Shown: positions 36,233-48,827 of the stretch, one piece after another | How positions within the stretch are numbered: position 1 is the first letter of the stretch | Layout: each line of letters starts with the position of its first letter | Assembly (NCBI GenBank): GCA_015680685.1 | Contig: MNCI01002923.1 | Span: 344,669 to 408,668 of the forward strand | Length of the DNA: 64,000 nucleotides | Origin: Gnetum montanum | Taxonomy: Eukaryota; Plantae; Gnetophyta | Reading direction: 5' to 3' | Program-made: the position numbers and the translations under genes | Notes under the pieces: generated by a model | Seen by the model: the letters and a program-made list of their open reading frames with translations, nothing else | The model's database searches: none | Told to the model about the DNA's origin: nothing

Positions 36233-39200
36233 TAGATATAGTATGACTTCAAATACAAATGGTTCATTAGATTAGCAAACTTGTTTCCATATTAATCAAC
36301 AAGCTTGAATGCTCTATTTTCATAAGCTTTAGTGACTAGGAAAGGCCCTTCCCAGTTGGTTGAGAATTTATCTACAAGTTCACGAATGGCCTTGAGGACT
36401 AGGTCCCCTTTCCTAATCTAACGATGATGCTAGTTATGACGATGCTTTGGTTGTTGCCTTTCTTGATACTATTTGATGCGATCAAGCATGTGCATGTGTT
36501 CTTCCTCTAATGAGTCTAGGTATATGGTTCTCAACTCGTTATTCTGACCTTTGTCGATGAAGTTTGACAGGATTACTCAGAGTGATGGAACCTACAATTC
36601 AAGTGGCAAAATGGCTTCAGATCTATAAACAAGGCTATAAGGCATCATACCTATTGTCATCTAATGCATCGTGTAGTAGGCCCAAAGTGCATAGACTAGT
36701 TGCTCATGCCATTGTCATTTACTATTGCTTAGCATTTTCTTGAGAAGGTTGACGATAACTTTGTTAATGGCCTCTACTTGGCCATTTACCTTAGGGTAGT
36801 ATGGCGCTGAAAAGGAATGTTTGATGTCAAAGTGCTCATAAAAGGCTTTGATTTTTGCACTACTAAACTACAACTTATTGTCCATTATAATGATCATGGA
36901 TAAGCCAAAACATGTCACTATATTATCTAACACAAATTTGCAAACTTGTTATGATGTTTTCATCCTAAGAGGAATAGCCTCAATTAATTTGGTGAAATAC
37001 TCAGTTGCAATTATTATGAAGCTATGCCCTACGGAGGACTTAGGAATTATGGGTTCAATGATGTTCGAGCCTCAACGTTGGAACGACCACATGATTTGCA
37101 TTGTATGCAATTTAATTGGTGGAATGACCACGTGAGTTGCTATGCCATTGACAAGTGTCACACATTTTGACTTTCAAGACATAATTGCTTTCCATGTAAG
37201 GCTAATAGTCACCAAGCCATCTAATTTTTGTTTCCATTACCCTATGTGCTATGTGACCTCTACACAATCATTCATGTACTTGCTAAACGATCATTTCCAC
37301 TTCACTATTACTTACATAGGTTAGCAGTATGCCATCATAGGATTTGTGACATAATGTATTATTACCTATGATGACATACTACTGTGAACATTTTTGCATT
37401 ACATCTTTTTGGATAGTAGTTAAATGTTGAAGAGGCTTCCCTTGTAGAAGGTACACCTTGATGTCATCATACCACTCTTTTACATGGGTGGTGCTAACTG
37501 TGGCTACAAATGTCTCTTTGATGATTTGTGTGATAGGGGCAGTTTCATTTGTCACTGAGGTGGACAATGTGTTGAACATGCTAGGCATGATGCTAAGGGC
37601 TAATGTGGCTACTGCATCAGCAATGGCATTTTTGTTTTAGGGGATATGTTGGACATTGGTAGTTTCAATGTATTGAAGCAAGTGCTTTGCCAAGTCACAG
37701 TAAGACTATAAATGTTGTGCCTTGTAGGCGTAAACCTCTATTACCTGGTTGACCACTAATTATGAATCATCTCAAATCACTATATGTTGGATCCCTAGGT
37801 CACATTCTACAAGGATACCTTAGAGGAGATCTTCGTACTCCACCACATTGTTAGTGCATGAAAATGCAAAATGATATGCAAAGGATCAAATCTCCCTAGA
37901 GGGAAATGTGACAATAGCAGCGACACTACCCCCTTGAGAGGTTAAAGCTCTATCGAAGTGCAGGGGTGCCTCATAGTTGTCAAGCATTTGGCCAATTCTA
38001 CAAATGTGCTCATCTAGGAATTTAGGATCTATGGTTGTTTGATCATTTATGGGTGAAGTTGTAAGTTGTGGGGCTATGGCTTAACCTTTTGTCGAGGCTT
38101 ACATGACATAATGTAGGTCAAACTCCACTGTTATTGCTTTCCACTGTGCCATGTGGCTACTTTCATAGATATTTGTCATTATGGCTCAAAGTATGTTATT
38201 TTTGCAAATGATGTTAACTTGACTATAGAAGAGGTAATGCCTCCACTTCTTTAGTGAGAAGACTAGGGTGAGGTAATGCTTTTCCACATCATTATATTTT
38301 GCCTCTTGGGCTACTAATGTGTGGCTCAAGTAATAAACTGGGACCTCTACACCATCATCTTGGTTTTAGCAAAGCAAAGAAGTGTTGGATGTGTCAAAAC
38401 TGGCAAGGTAGATGTAAAAAGGCTTATCTCCTTGCGAAGGGTAAACCATAGGTAATTGTGCCAGCTCTTGCTTAAGGTTGTCAAGTGCTTGTTGGCACTA
38501 AGTTTTCCAGTCAATGTTGCATTGGTTGTAGCTTCTTGGTTAACCAAGTGATAAATCTGCATATGAATTTTAACCTACCTTGCAACCCTCATAGCTTCTT
38601 AAGGTTGTCCAATAGTGCTAAGTTGGCTATGACCTTAACCTTGTTGGGGTCTATTCATATTCCTACTTCAAATACTACAAAGCCAACCATCCATCCCATT
38701 CTAATGCCAAAAACACATTTCTTGGGATTTAACCTAAGCTTGTGTTTTAGGCAACATTTAAGCACTAAGTCTAGATCATTTGCATGGTTGTGGGCCAGTT
38801 TGGACTAAACGGAAATATCATCAATGTAGTTGTTGAGCAAACTTAGCATGTAATCACTGAAGATATATGTCATCATGCGTTGATACGTTGCTCCTATATT
38901 CTTGAGTCCAAAAGGCATCATGGTGTAGCAAAATGTACCCTAGGGGATCATGAAGGTTGTACTAAGTTGGTGCTCAGGGTTGATCCTAATCTAGTTGTAG
39001 CCTGAGAACCCATCCATGAAGGACAACAAGGCATGTCTAGCCATGGTATTGATTAGTTGATTGATACTGGGCAACGAGAAGTTGTTTTTAATGGTTGCCT
39101 TATTTAAGTCCAGGAAGTCTATGAAAATGCATATACTTCTATTTTTCATAGGCACAACTTCAATGTTGGAGATCCAATCTACATAGTCAATGGCCTGGAT

Positions 39201-39740
39201 GAAACCAGCTTTGTAAAGCTTGGNGTCTACATAGTCAATGGCCTGGATGAAACCAGCTTTGTAAAGCTTGGTGATTTCATCATGGACTACCAACACCACC
39301 TAAGGTTAGACCTTGTGCACTTTTTGCTTAACTGATTTGATGCAAGGATTAAGAATGATGTTGTGTTGGACTAGCCAGGGATCTAGGCCTAGCATGTTCT
39401 CATATGACCATGCAAACACTTTGATGTTATCATTAAGAACTTTAGCGATGTCTAGAGCATATTGGGGTTCCAACAAGGAGCTTAGTTTTAGCGGTCTTGC
39501 CTCACCATTGTGCACTACCATAAGGATCTCGATAAGGAGATCCTCTATGGCATCCCTTGTCTCTAGATCAAGAGACTTAAGTAGATGGTCGAGCTAGTCT
39601 AGTGGTGCTCCTACAGATGCTGTGTACTCATTGTAGGTTGTGGGCTCGAGGTCTAGGCAATAAGGGCCAATGCATTGCTTAATGTTACCATGAGGCCCCA
39701 TGAGGACCAACAATGAAAAGATCTGCACCTACATGGTCAT
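36233..39740 (-). pseudogene. pol of element A: RT, RNase H, additional RNase H (aRH), integrase
   Basis: LSFMDGFSGYN, YIDD (~38820), aRH LHFDRA..CTNNVVEYE..DS*LVVNQV (~37745-37965), INT EYFTKLIEA, PYYP, NWEGPF. Confidence 0.95.
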
Positions 39741-41669
39741 GTCATGTTCCTCCAAAAGTAAACTAGAAAACATCAAGTGGCACCTATTTGACCCAGTTAT
39801 TATGCACAAATGAAAGAAAGCAATTAAGTAAAAATTTACCTAAGTATGTGCATAACTAGCAATGAGAGGTGAATGTCTTGGTGCCATTTTTAGTTCTTAG
39901 CAGACCATAGGTATGTCAAACGTGCCATTCTATGGAGGGTTGGCTATGCTCAAGAGTGAAATTGACTAGTGCATTGGTAGGGCAATGAAAAATTGTAGTT
40001 GCAAGCTAAGTATGGCTAACTACACTCTCCATTGAGCGTTTGGTGTGGAGCATAGTCCTAGGCTGGTGGATCATTAAATAATCCCAAAGGGTATATAGGC
40101 ACATTTTTACCAAGGTAAGTTGTCATTTTCTTTCTTTTGACCATGACATCTAGAGTGTAGTCTTGCCATTGGTGTTGCAATGTTGCTAATGGACAGCATA
40201 ATTGAGGAAAAGATAATGCACCAAAGTGGATGCCTTCACCCAAGGTTGGCAAATGTTGCTAAGGGAGAGAGAGTGCTGGGCCAATTGCCACAGGTGCATG
40301 TGAAGGAGAGGAGGCCATCAGCATCAACCAAGTAGGTTGACTACACTCTTCCCCTTTTACTTCAATTTTTCATTTGTTTTTTTCTTTGTGAGGGTTTTGG
40401 ACATTTCAGGAAGTATAGCTTTACATGTCCTACCATAGGTCTCTATCACAACAATGATGGTCATAGTTGTCCATCATTTTTTGCATGATGATGGGGAGGA
40501 CATGATGGTAGAGAGGGTTTCTATCTTTTTTTTCTATGATGGGGAGGGTTTGAGAGCGTAGCCCTGTGTGCCACCCTGCACGCCCTACCATGGCAATGAC
40601 TATTGAGGCAAGGAGGATAGCTTCTATCCTTACTTAGGCTTCGTGTACCATTTAGGCTATGATGGCATGGGGAAGGAGGATAGTCTCTTGCATGACTACA
40701 TTTTTTATTGTTTGTTTTTTGGTCCTTTGGAGTTGCATGGGGGCTGGGCTGCATGTAGAGTTTATGGTGTGCATGGGTTTTTGAGGACTATAGGGCTTTG
40801 GGCCTTATGCCATCGTGCATTTCTGTAGCATAGTCGTAGGGAGCAATGACCACCATCACCTCTTTTTTTGCTTTTTTGTGCAGGGTTTGGGCTCTATGGT
40901 TGGGGTTTAGGTCACGGCTGCCATTGCGCACCACATTGTTGCTTCCCCCATTTCCTTTTTTTGTTTAAAAGAAAAATTTTCATGGGTGCACTACAGTATA
41001 GTCATAGAAGCTATGGCTATCACTATGCACCACAGTGTAGCATGGCCGCGATTGATGCCAAGGCATGTGTTGCTATTGTTTTAGGGTAGCAACAGAGGTG
41101 TGGCCTACCACAATGGGGATAAGGTGAAGCTCAGTTGGACCTGGCACCATGGGGAGACTACACTCTCCATGACCATGGGACTTCACTAAGTTTGTGCTAG
41201 GATGTCCACCTTGCCAAGTCTTTACCAAAATGTGTGTACCAAAATGTCTATGTTTTTTGGGACTACGCTCTCGATTGAGGTAGCCTAGAGATAGTTAAAA
41301 TTTTACAATTTTTGGACTTATCTCTTCACTGAGATAGTCTAGAGTTAGTAAAAATTTTACAATTTTTCAAACTACGCTCTCCATTGAGGGAGAGTAGTCA
41401 AAAGCTAGAAAAAATTTGCTAAAATTTTCTTAACTATGCATGATGTTAAACTTGCAAAATGTAGCACTAAGCCTATGAAAACATGTTATACCTTAGTGAG
41501 CGCTAGGCACATCAAAAACATTAAGTGACGTTCTTCACCCAAGGGGCCCCAACATGTATCACTAAAATTGCATTTCTACTAATTTATGTTAATAATTTAT
41601 AATGCATATATCAAAATTTTTCCTCTATGTATGTATACTAACACTTTGCTTGTTGCTTATTAATTACAG

Positions 41670-44600
41670 GGTGCTGCTGAAGCCTATTTTGATTATGGTT
41701 TAGCTCATAGGCATCCTATGTTGCATGAGTGAACTTGTTCCTAACATGCCTATGCCAAATATGCGAGTGGACCATTAGATGGCGTGCTTCCGAACAAGGG
41801 CTCGAGAGTTCCTAGAATACCTACTGTAGTAGTTCAGTGTGATCATGTAGTCACACTTGGTAGTCAAGGTTGCTAATGCCATCACTAAGACGTTGCTACA
41901 CGAGGCTAACCATGGCATCCTAAAGTTCATCTTGGATGAGCCTACCGATGATGTTGATGGGGTAAGAGGCTTAGGTAGAGGCCCCAAGAGTGCTTATCAG
42001 TTATCTAGAGTATGGCGCATGATAGGATTTACTTGTTATAATAAGAGCAACATCCTTTTTATTACATAGTGGTTGCATACCCTATTCCAGAACCTACCTA
42101 GAACTACCTACTACATTTGAGGATAAGTGCTTCTATTGCTCTCGCAATATCCTATGCTATTTGCCCATATGAAGTTGCTAACGGTTCTATGGTCAATGCC
42201 AAGTTTAGAGTTGATGGAAATGGCTTTCATGATGATGTGAGTACTCTAGCCCTAACTTGTATTGCCTTAGAGGTGTTCTTGTCTAGCACAAATGTTCAAG
42301 CAGTCGTGCTTGAGCAAGTGGGGCACGATTTAGAGGCTTACATCTCTCAGTACTCGAATGCATACATGTGATGCAGGACCAATGGCTAGTTGGATGAGGA
42401 GTGGGCTACTAGTGAAATTAACACCAAAGAGGTGTTTGTAGCACCACCCCCATCTAACACTTTGTTTCTACCATGTATATACCTATGTTTTGGATCATGT
42501 GGTTACTCGTGTATGCCTTTTAATTTTCCTCATTTTCATGATGCTAATATTGTTTTGTTGTGTGTTGCAGTGGTGGTTACCTCATCTGAGGTGATGGTGA
42601 TCATCATGAGTCACACAGAGGCCACCCTGATCATGAAATATGGCAATGTGAAGGGTGCACAATACTAGTTGTGCCACAAAGCACCAAATACACTAATGGC
42701 TCGACTCATGCATGTTGGGTTAATGGAACTATTCTTGGCTCTTAGCCCAAATATCTCAGTGGCCAAAATGGTAACCATCATCAACTCCTTTAGCAACAAT
42801 GTCAGGTAGTTTGTCACCCAAGTGTGCAGTGTGACAGTAATGCTAGACCTCAGTGAGGCCTTCTTCATCAATCTCTTTGGCATCCCTACTAATGGCCCAA
42901 CAATTATCAATAAGGTCAATAGGGAGGTGGACTATAAAGAAGAGATCGAAGACTGGTTAGAAACCACTCAATCTCACAAGGGCATACCAATCAAAGACAT
43001 ACTAGTGCCTAAGGTGTGGGAGCTCTACCCTCTATTTCGTGCTCATTCCTTTCCAAAGCTACTTTTCCAAAGAAAGATCCTAGGGGTAGAATAGGCATGA
43101 GTAATGAAGGAGGTGCTATTAAAGGTTACAAGGTTTAACTAGGCTATGTACATAGCCACCAGCATACATGTGAAGATTTCTAGGTTGTAATTCAACCTCT
43201 AGGTGAGATCTCACGTTCATTTCACATTCTTTGTAGGATACCTACGAAGGTTCACAGAGCTTTTGGTTGTGCAAGATGATGGACAATGGGTAGTGTAGGA
43301 CCATGAGCAACTATCCAAGCCATGAATCAAGCATATTTTCTTGACCACATGCACATAGGACCCCTTACATGGCATTGATGAGTTGTTATCAGTAATGACC
43401 AAGGATCCCATGGAGCACTCACATTACTCATGCAATAGTGCAGGTGAGGATCCTCCAATTAGCACTGAAGACATGAGCAAGGCAAATTGCTACATAGTAG
43501 AGATGATGGTACCATCTAAGGCCAAGATAAAGAGGTCATGTCCTCAAGAGAAAGTGGTTCCTGAGGTTAATAAGCCAAGAAAAAAAAGGATCCACATCAA
43601 GCTACAAAGCTTGCATGCAAATGTTATAGGTATGTGTAGTTTCTTAGATGCCTTAGTTGCATGCATGTATGGATTTTTATTTTTATTTTTTTCTATTGCA
43701 CTATAATATTAATTAGCTAATGGTGTGCTATGCATACTAATATGTTATATGTGTTAATTGTAGGAAAAGAAGAGAACGCTTCAAGAACAATAGTTGAGGC
43801 AGTAGTGGAGGAAGCACCTTCTCAAGCTAAGGAGAAGGAGGCTCATGGAGAAGACCCTCATGAGGTGGTAGAGGCCCTTTAGTAGTTGGGGGAATAAGAG
43901 TTGATTCACCCCAATGGGGGTGATTTTGGTAGTTTGTTCAATGGTACACAGCTAGGTGAACCCCCTACACTCACACCTGAGGTCTTGCTAGGTAATCAAC
44001 TTGTACTACCATCTATCTTCCCTTGTTTTCTCTAGTATCTTTAGCTATTAGGCCATATGCTAATTGCATCAGTGTATTACAACATCAGATATTCCCACTA
44101 GTGCTCCCACATCTACCTACTTCATGGAGCCATGGGTAGATATGCTAGATAAATTCACCTTCATGGAAGGCATCATTAAGGACATGGTGAACCACTTGCA
44201 ACAAGCAGACCCTAAGCTCAATATGTGTGCAATGTTGTTTTCTTTATGCTATCTTGCTCATTGCTCAAATTCTTGGATGCTAATATATGTGCAATACCTA
44301 CATGTCCTAAGCTACAGTGGGACCCAAGCAAGGTGCCCAAGGTGGACACCCTCCTCAACCTTCCTCCTAAAGTTGATCAGGTGCCTTTTCACATGTATGA
44401 GATATCAAACAAGTGCATGCTTTCTTGTGCAAAGGCATTTTGGATCTATAGGTGTTTGAATAGCACTTTTGGAAATGCATGCACGAACTTTAGAAGAGCG
44501 TAACTAGCCAAGATAAGAAGATCAAGGATCTTCAATCTAGATATGACTTCATAGTAGCTATATTGCAGGGAGATGGCACCTAGTGTACCTCTAAGATTGA

Positions 44601-45420
44601 GTATGTCAGACATTGCATAACTCTCAAACGTAAGAATGAGGACACATGGGAGCTAATCGATCAACAACTCTAGATGGACTTACTCGTCCAAAAGAACCAG
44701 GATTAAAAGAATTATAGCACCAAGGTTTATTGATGGAGGCAGATGCAAAAGAACCACAAGTATCAGTACAAGTGAGAGTGCAACGCATACCTATGATGGT
44801 ATAAGGAGGAGTCTATTGAATGCCACCACCTCGAGATATTTCTTGAGGCAACTAGTAGGAAGCAAGAATATGATTTTTTCACATAGAGTATGGTCATGAG
44901 TGACTCTCCTATAAGGGAGATCATCACCCCCTCTGGAGAGACCTCCTCTACTACATTTTTTATGAAGCCACCTGCATGGACCACCATGGACAAAGGCAAG
45001 ACCCTTGCAAGTATTAAATTTGGCAAGGAGGACTAGACACAACTTTCTAAAGCTAAGATCCTTTGCCACTTGGATGCTAGCCTTGGAAAGCTACCTCCAG
45101 AACTCACCAATGTAGGACCCTCTTAGGAAATTTGGTTTTTATTCTTTTCATGTTTTAAGTTAGCTCATATAGTGCATGTTTTCTTACTAATTGCAAATAT
45201 ATGTTAATGGTTGTGAGAGGTACCAGGCAATGCTACAAGACCCAGTGACGTGGTGGAGGAAGAAGAACTTTCACCCCCACCTAGTGCCACTAGTTAAGCA
45301 TGACCAGATGTACCTTCCATTGGGCTTTTTGCTGCATTTTTGCTATCTAATGCTATTCATGCAATGTATTGCTATATATATTACATTAGATGATTGTTTA
45401 ATATGTGTAAACTTTTATCC
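41670..45420 (+). pseudogene. Decayed multi-exon accessory gene, antisense to element A (PF20167/PMD-like domain, acidic linker, coiled coil)
   Basis: Series of + ORFs. AT-rich GT-AG introns with CTAAT branch motifs (~42475-42570, 43630-43763, 43992-44072). Continuous frame GLMELF..LDLSEAFFINLFGIPTNG..FN*AMYIA. Confidence 0.6.
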
Positions 45421-45459
45421 CTATGTGACGATTTTATTGCATTTTCTATGAGGTTTACG

Positions 45460-45900
45460 AGTTTGGGCCATTTTGAACCATAGTGATACTAGGCCATTAC
45501 AAGCCATAGTGAGTCTATTGTTAATTTAAAGACTTGATAGGCCCCATGCTAGTTTAAGCCCATAGCGGGAGAAATTATGCTAATTTTTGGCCATTTTAGG
45601 CCATGTGTTGCCAGTTTAAGGCCATAGCAAGCTAAGGCAATAGTTTAAGGTCATTCCCAGCCACAACAAGGGGGTTTAAAGTGATAGTTTATGACCATTT
45701 CAAGCTAGAGTGATAGTTTCAGGCCATTACAGGTCATGGCACTAGTTTAAGCCCATTCCAAGTCACGACGATGGAGATCAAGATTGATAGTTTAAGGTCA
45801 TTCCAAGCTCCAACATTACTAGTTTAAGGCCTTAGAAATCCATGGATTGCTAGTTTAAGGTCATTCCAAGCCACCACATTGCCAGTTTAAGGACATAGCA
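45460..45900. repeat. Tandem array (AGTTTAAGGYCAT core, ~28-40 bp units)
   Basis: More than 10 degenerate units between the antisense gene and the protease. Confidence 0.8.
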
Positions 45901-46262
45901 GGCCACGTATTACTATCTCTCTTTTTGTAATTTTTTCTTTTATGGCGTTTTATGCATTTTGATGTTTTTAAAGTGATAACTACAGAAGTGTAAACTAATA
46001 AGCAAATGCATGAACAAAGCATATGAATGTGAGAATCAAGCAAATAAATGTGTAATCTAAGCAATTAACTAAATGCAAATAACATGTTACTATGCTAACC
46101 TAATGTGATACAAATGCAATAGAAGTAGAGAGTAGGGTACAAGGCATGCAAAAGCGAATAGTGGACAGGCACCTAGCATGTTCTGGACTAAGGGGATACA
46201 TTAATAGCATAGTTGCTTCCTAATCTAATGTGGGTTAGGAGGCATGTAGGGCCTAGATTGTA

Positions 46263-48820
46263 CTATCCGGTATTCTCCTTGACCTTCACTACATTAAAGG
46301 GTAACTCTGCCCAAAGGGCATCCTCCAAGAGGTTTTTGGCTTCCACTACTCCTTTGAGTATCTCAACCTCACGCATTTCATTGTCTACCACAGGTGCATC
46401 ATCAAGAAATTCAACCTTTGACCCTTGCTCCATATCTACATTGTTGATCACTAGAGGAGTGGCATTATTAGCATGGATGATAACTTCACTACCTTTGTAC
46501 AATATAGGGATTTCCTAATGAATCAAAAAAGAGATGACTCATAACTAGGCTAGCCAAGGCCTACCTAATATCAAGTTAAAGCCTAGAATCTCCTCTATGA
46601 TGATAAATTTGGTAGTGATGGGGAATTGCTCCCCTGCTATGAAAGTTATGGTGACTATGCCCTTGACAATGACATGTGATCCATTGAAGGTTTTTAGACA
46701 CGTGGTTTTTGTTGGCTTGACCTGGTTTGTGAGGTCAAGCTTGTTGATGACAATGTATAGAATTACATTTGTTTCTGCTCCATCATCAACATGCACTCTC
46801 CAAATCTTGCACTGCCCAAAACATATGGTGATGAACATGGGGGCTATTATGACATCACCCTTCTCAGGGTTGACCTTAATTGCTTCATTGTGAAATGTTG
46901 GGGATGTGAAACTCAATTCCTATAGTGTAGGGGGTAACATCACTATGTGGATGGACTTCTCATCTATACAGATGTCCTCTGTGACAAGAATGGAGGTCAA
47001 CATCTGCACTAGTTCTCCCCAGTGGGAAGTTGAGGTCATTATTAGGTCATACAAGCTTAGTGTTGTATTTTTTTGCTTAAGCATGTACTTGACTTAGGCT
47101 AATGCATCCACGAAGTCTTTGCCATTAGCCATTTTTTTGTTGGCTTTGACTTCCTTCATGCATCCTAAGAGATGGATTTCTCATCGAGGTGACTTTGGCT
47201 TTGTTGGCTTGGCCTACATAGGGGCCTCAGTGCTTCGTTGCGATTTGCTAATTGTGGCCTTCTTAGTTGTTTTGGCCATAGGGATTGTAGATATAGGGAC
47301 CAACTTTGAAAAATCAAGCACTCTTTGGTCTTGATGTTGCCTAATCATTCTATCTGCCAGATACTCATTGGGTCTTCCAATATGCCACCTAGAGGGTCTA
47401 CTAATGTTGCCAACAGGACTAGCCCTCAAACGAGAAGGGACCGATGCATTAGCTATCACTGGGCTTTGGACAGGTGAAGGATAAACATGTTGTCATACCC
47501 TGACAACAAAGGGTGGTGGAATTGTTGTTGTTGCAACATGTTGTGGGGCCCTAACCACAAAGGGTGTTGTGGATGCTTGAGATGGAACTATGACAATAAA
47601 AGGGGACCTCAAACCTATAGAGAATGAGGGGACATAGCATTTATGATCATGAATGGTCATTGCACCAATTTCGAGTTGTCATTAATGCTAATAGAATTTA
47701 TGAAATAGTTGGAAATGTCCACATTTATAGGGTCCTTGTATACCCTCATGGATCATTTCTACACCCTGACTAGGTTTGTAGCGTCGAGGAAAAGCTCACC
47801 TCTATTGATCATCTTTTGCAAATCATCTTGCAAGGATAGGTAGAAGTCGGTGCTATTATTGAACAACTAGTGCTAATGGCAAAACCAATCTAGCCTAAAA
47901 TGTTTTGGGACCAAGGGCTCATTTGGCACTACCAAAGAGGGGTTTTGAGCAACTTGTAGTACCTATCATGCCTTTTATGAGCATCCTTAGGCATTTTCTT
48001 ATATTAGATGCACCCAGCTTTAAACAATTGTTCTAGCAGCTTTGAGGGCTTCAATGGCAATAGGGTGTACTTAGAGCAATCCTTGTGTGTGAAGTTAGGC
48101 CTTTAACCAACTTACGTCATGGCCACTGTAGATGGAGGTGGGTTGGTTACCTTAGTGCTAGGGTTGGTAGCTTTGTTGTTGGCTGGAGCTTTGGGTGGCT
48201 TAGCCATTGGCCCCTGGTTGGTTACTTTAGCCTCATTGTCTATCGCTGCCACCATTTTGCTTTCCCTTGTCCCTATCTCTCCTCACATGTTGGTTCTTGT
48301 AGGCCATGTAGGCTAGGTCCTTACTAGCTTCTACCATTTCCTCTATGCTCTTGGTTTGGGCAAAGGCTTGGCGTAGGGATTACGACCCTAAGTAGTATAA
48401 ATTCAACTTTATGAAATCATTAACTATGCCATAAAAATAGTTAAGAGATGTGCCTTAGCTATGGACTCTCGTATTTCATTTAATGAGGCACTCCAACATT
48501 GGATGAATTTTTACATAGGCTCTAGGTGGCCCTACTTGACCTACATTAGCTAGACCAAGGTTGCTTCTAGCTTCAAGTTGTACTTGAAGTGTCTCACAAA
48601 CTAGCTAAAGAGGTCTTCCAAAGAGGAGATAGAGCCTCTGGGTAGTGCATGATACCAATCTAATTCTTTGTCAATCAATGACATAGAAAACACAAGTATA
48701 ATGGCATGTGGCTAGGCTTGCAATAGCAAACACTCCAACCTAAACATGACCAGATGCACATTGGGGTCCCTCTTGTAGCGATTGAAAATGTTAGAGGTTG
48801 GAATGGTACTTTGAGAGTCT
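46263..48820 (-). pseudogene. gag and aspartic protease of element A
   Basis: VHVDDGAETNVI..FNLILGRPWL (46545-46916); gag RDPNVHL..DWYHALPRGSISSL remnant at ~48600-48800. Confidence 0.9.
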
Positions 48821-48827
48821 GCAATCA

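Larger units (their letters stand above)
33112..48827 (-). mobile_element. Tat/Ogre-like element A: gag-PR, 6.5-kb spacer with antisense gene, RT-RH-aRH-INT, 3' UTR, PPT, 3' LTR
   Basis: All domains recognisable on the minus strand; additional archaeal-type RNase H between RH and INT. Confidence 0.9.

Noticed and set aside
39178-39271. Exact ~46-bp duplication in RT (KLYKAGFIQAIDYVD twice)
   Set aside because: The two copies are identical and separated by a single N; contig-overlap assembly artefact, absent from element B
41670-45420. Possible functional host gene
   Set aside because: Numerous stops and frameshifts, embedded inside a retrotransposon, and similar in motifs to retroelement accessory ORFs
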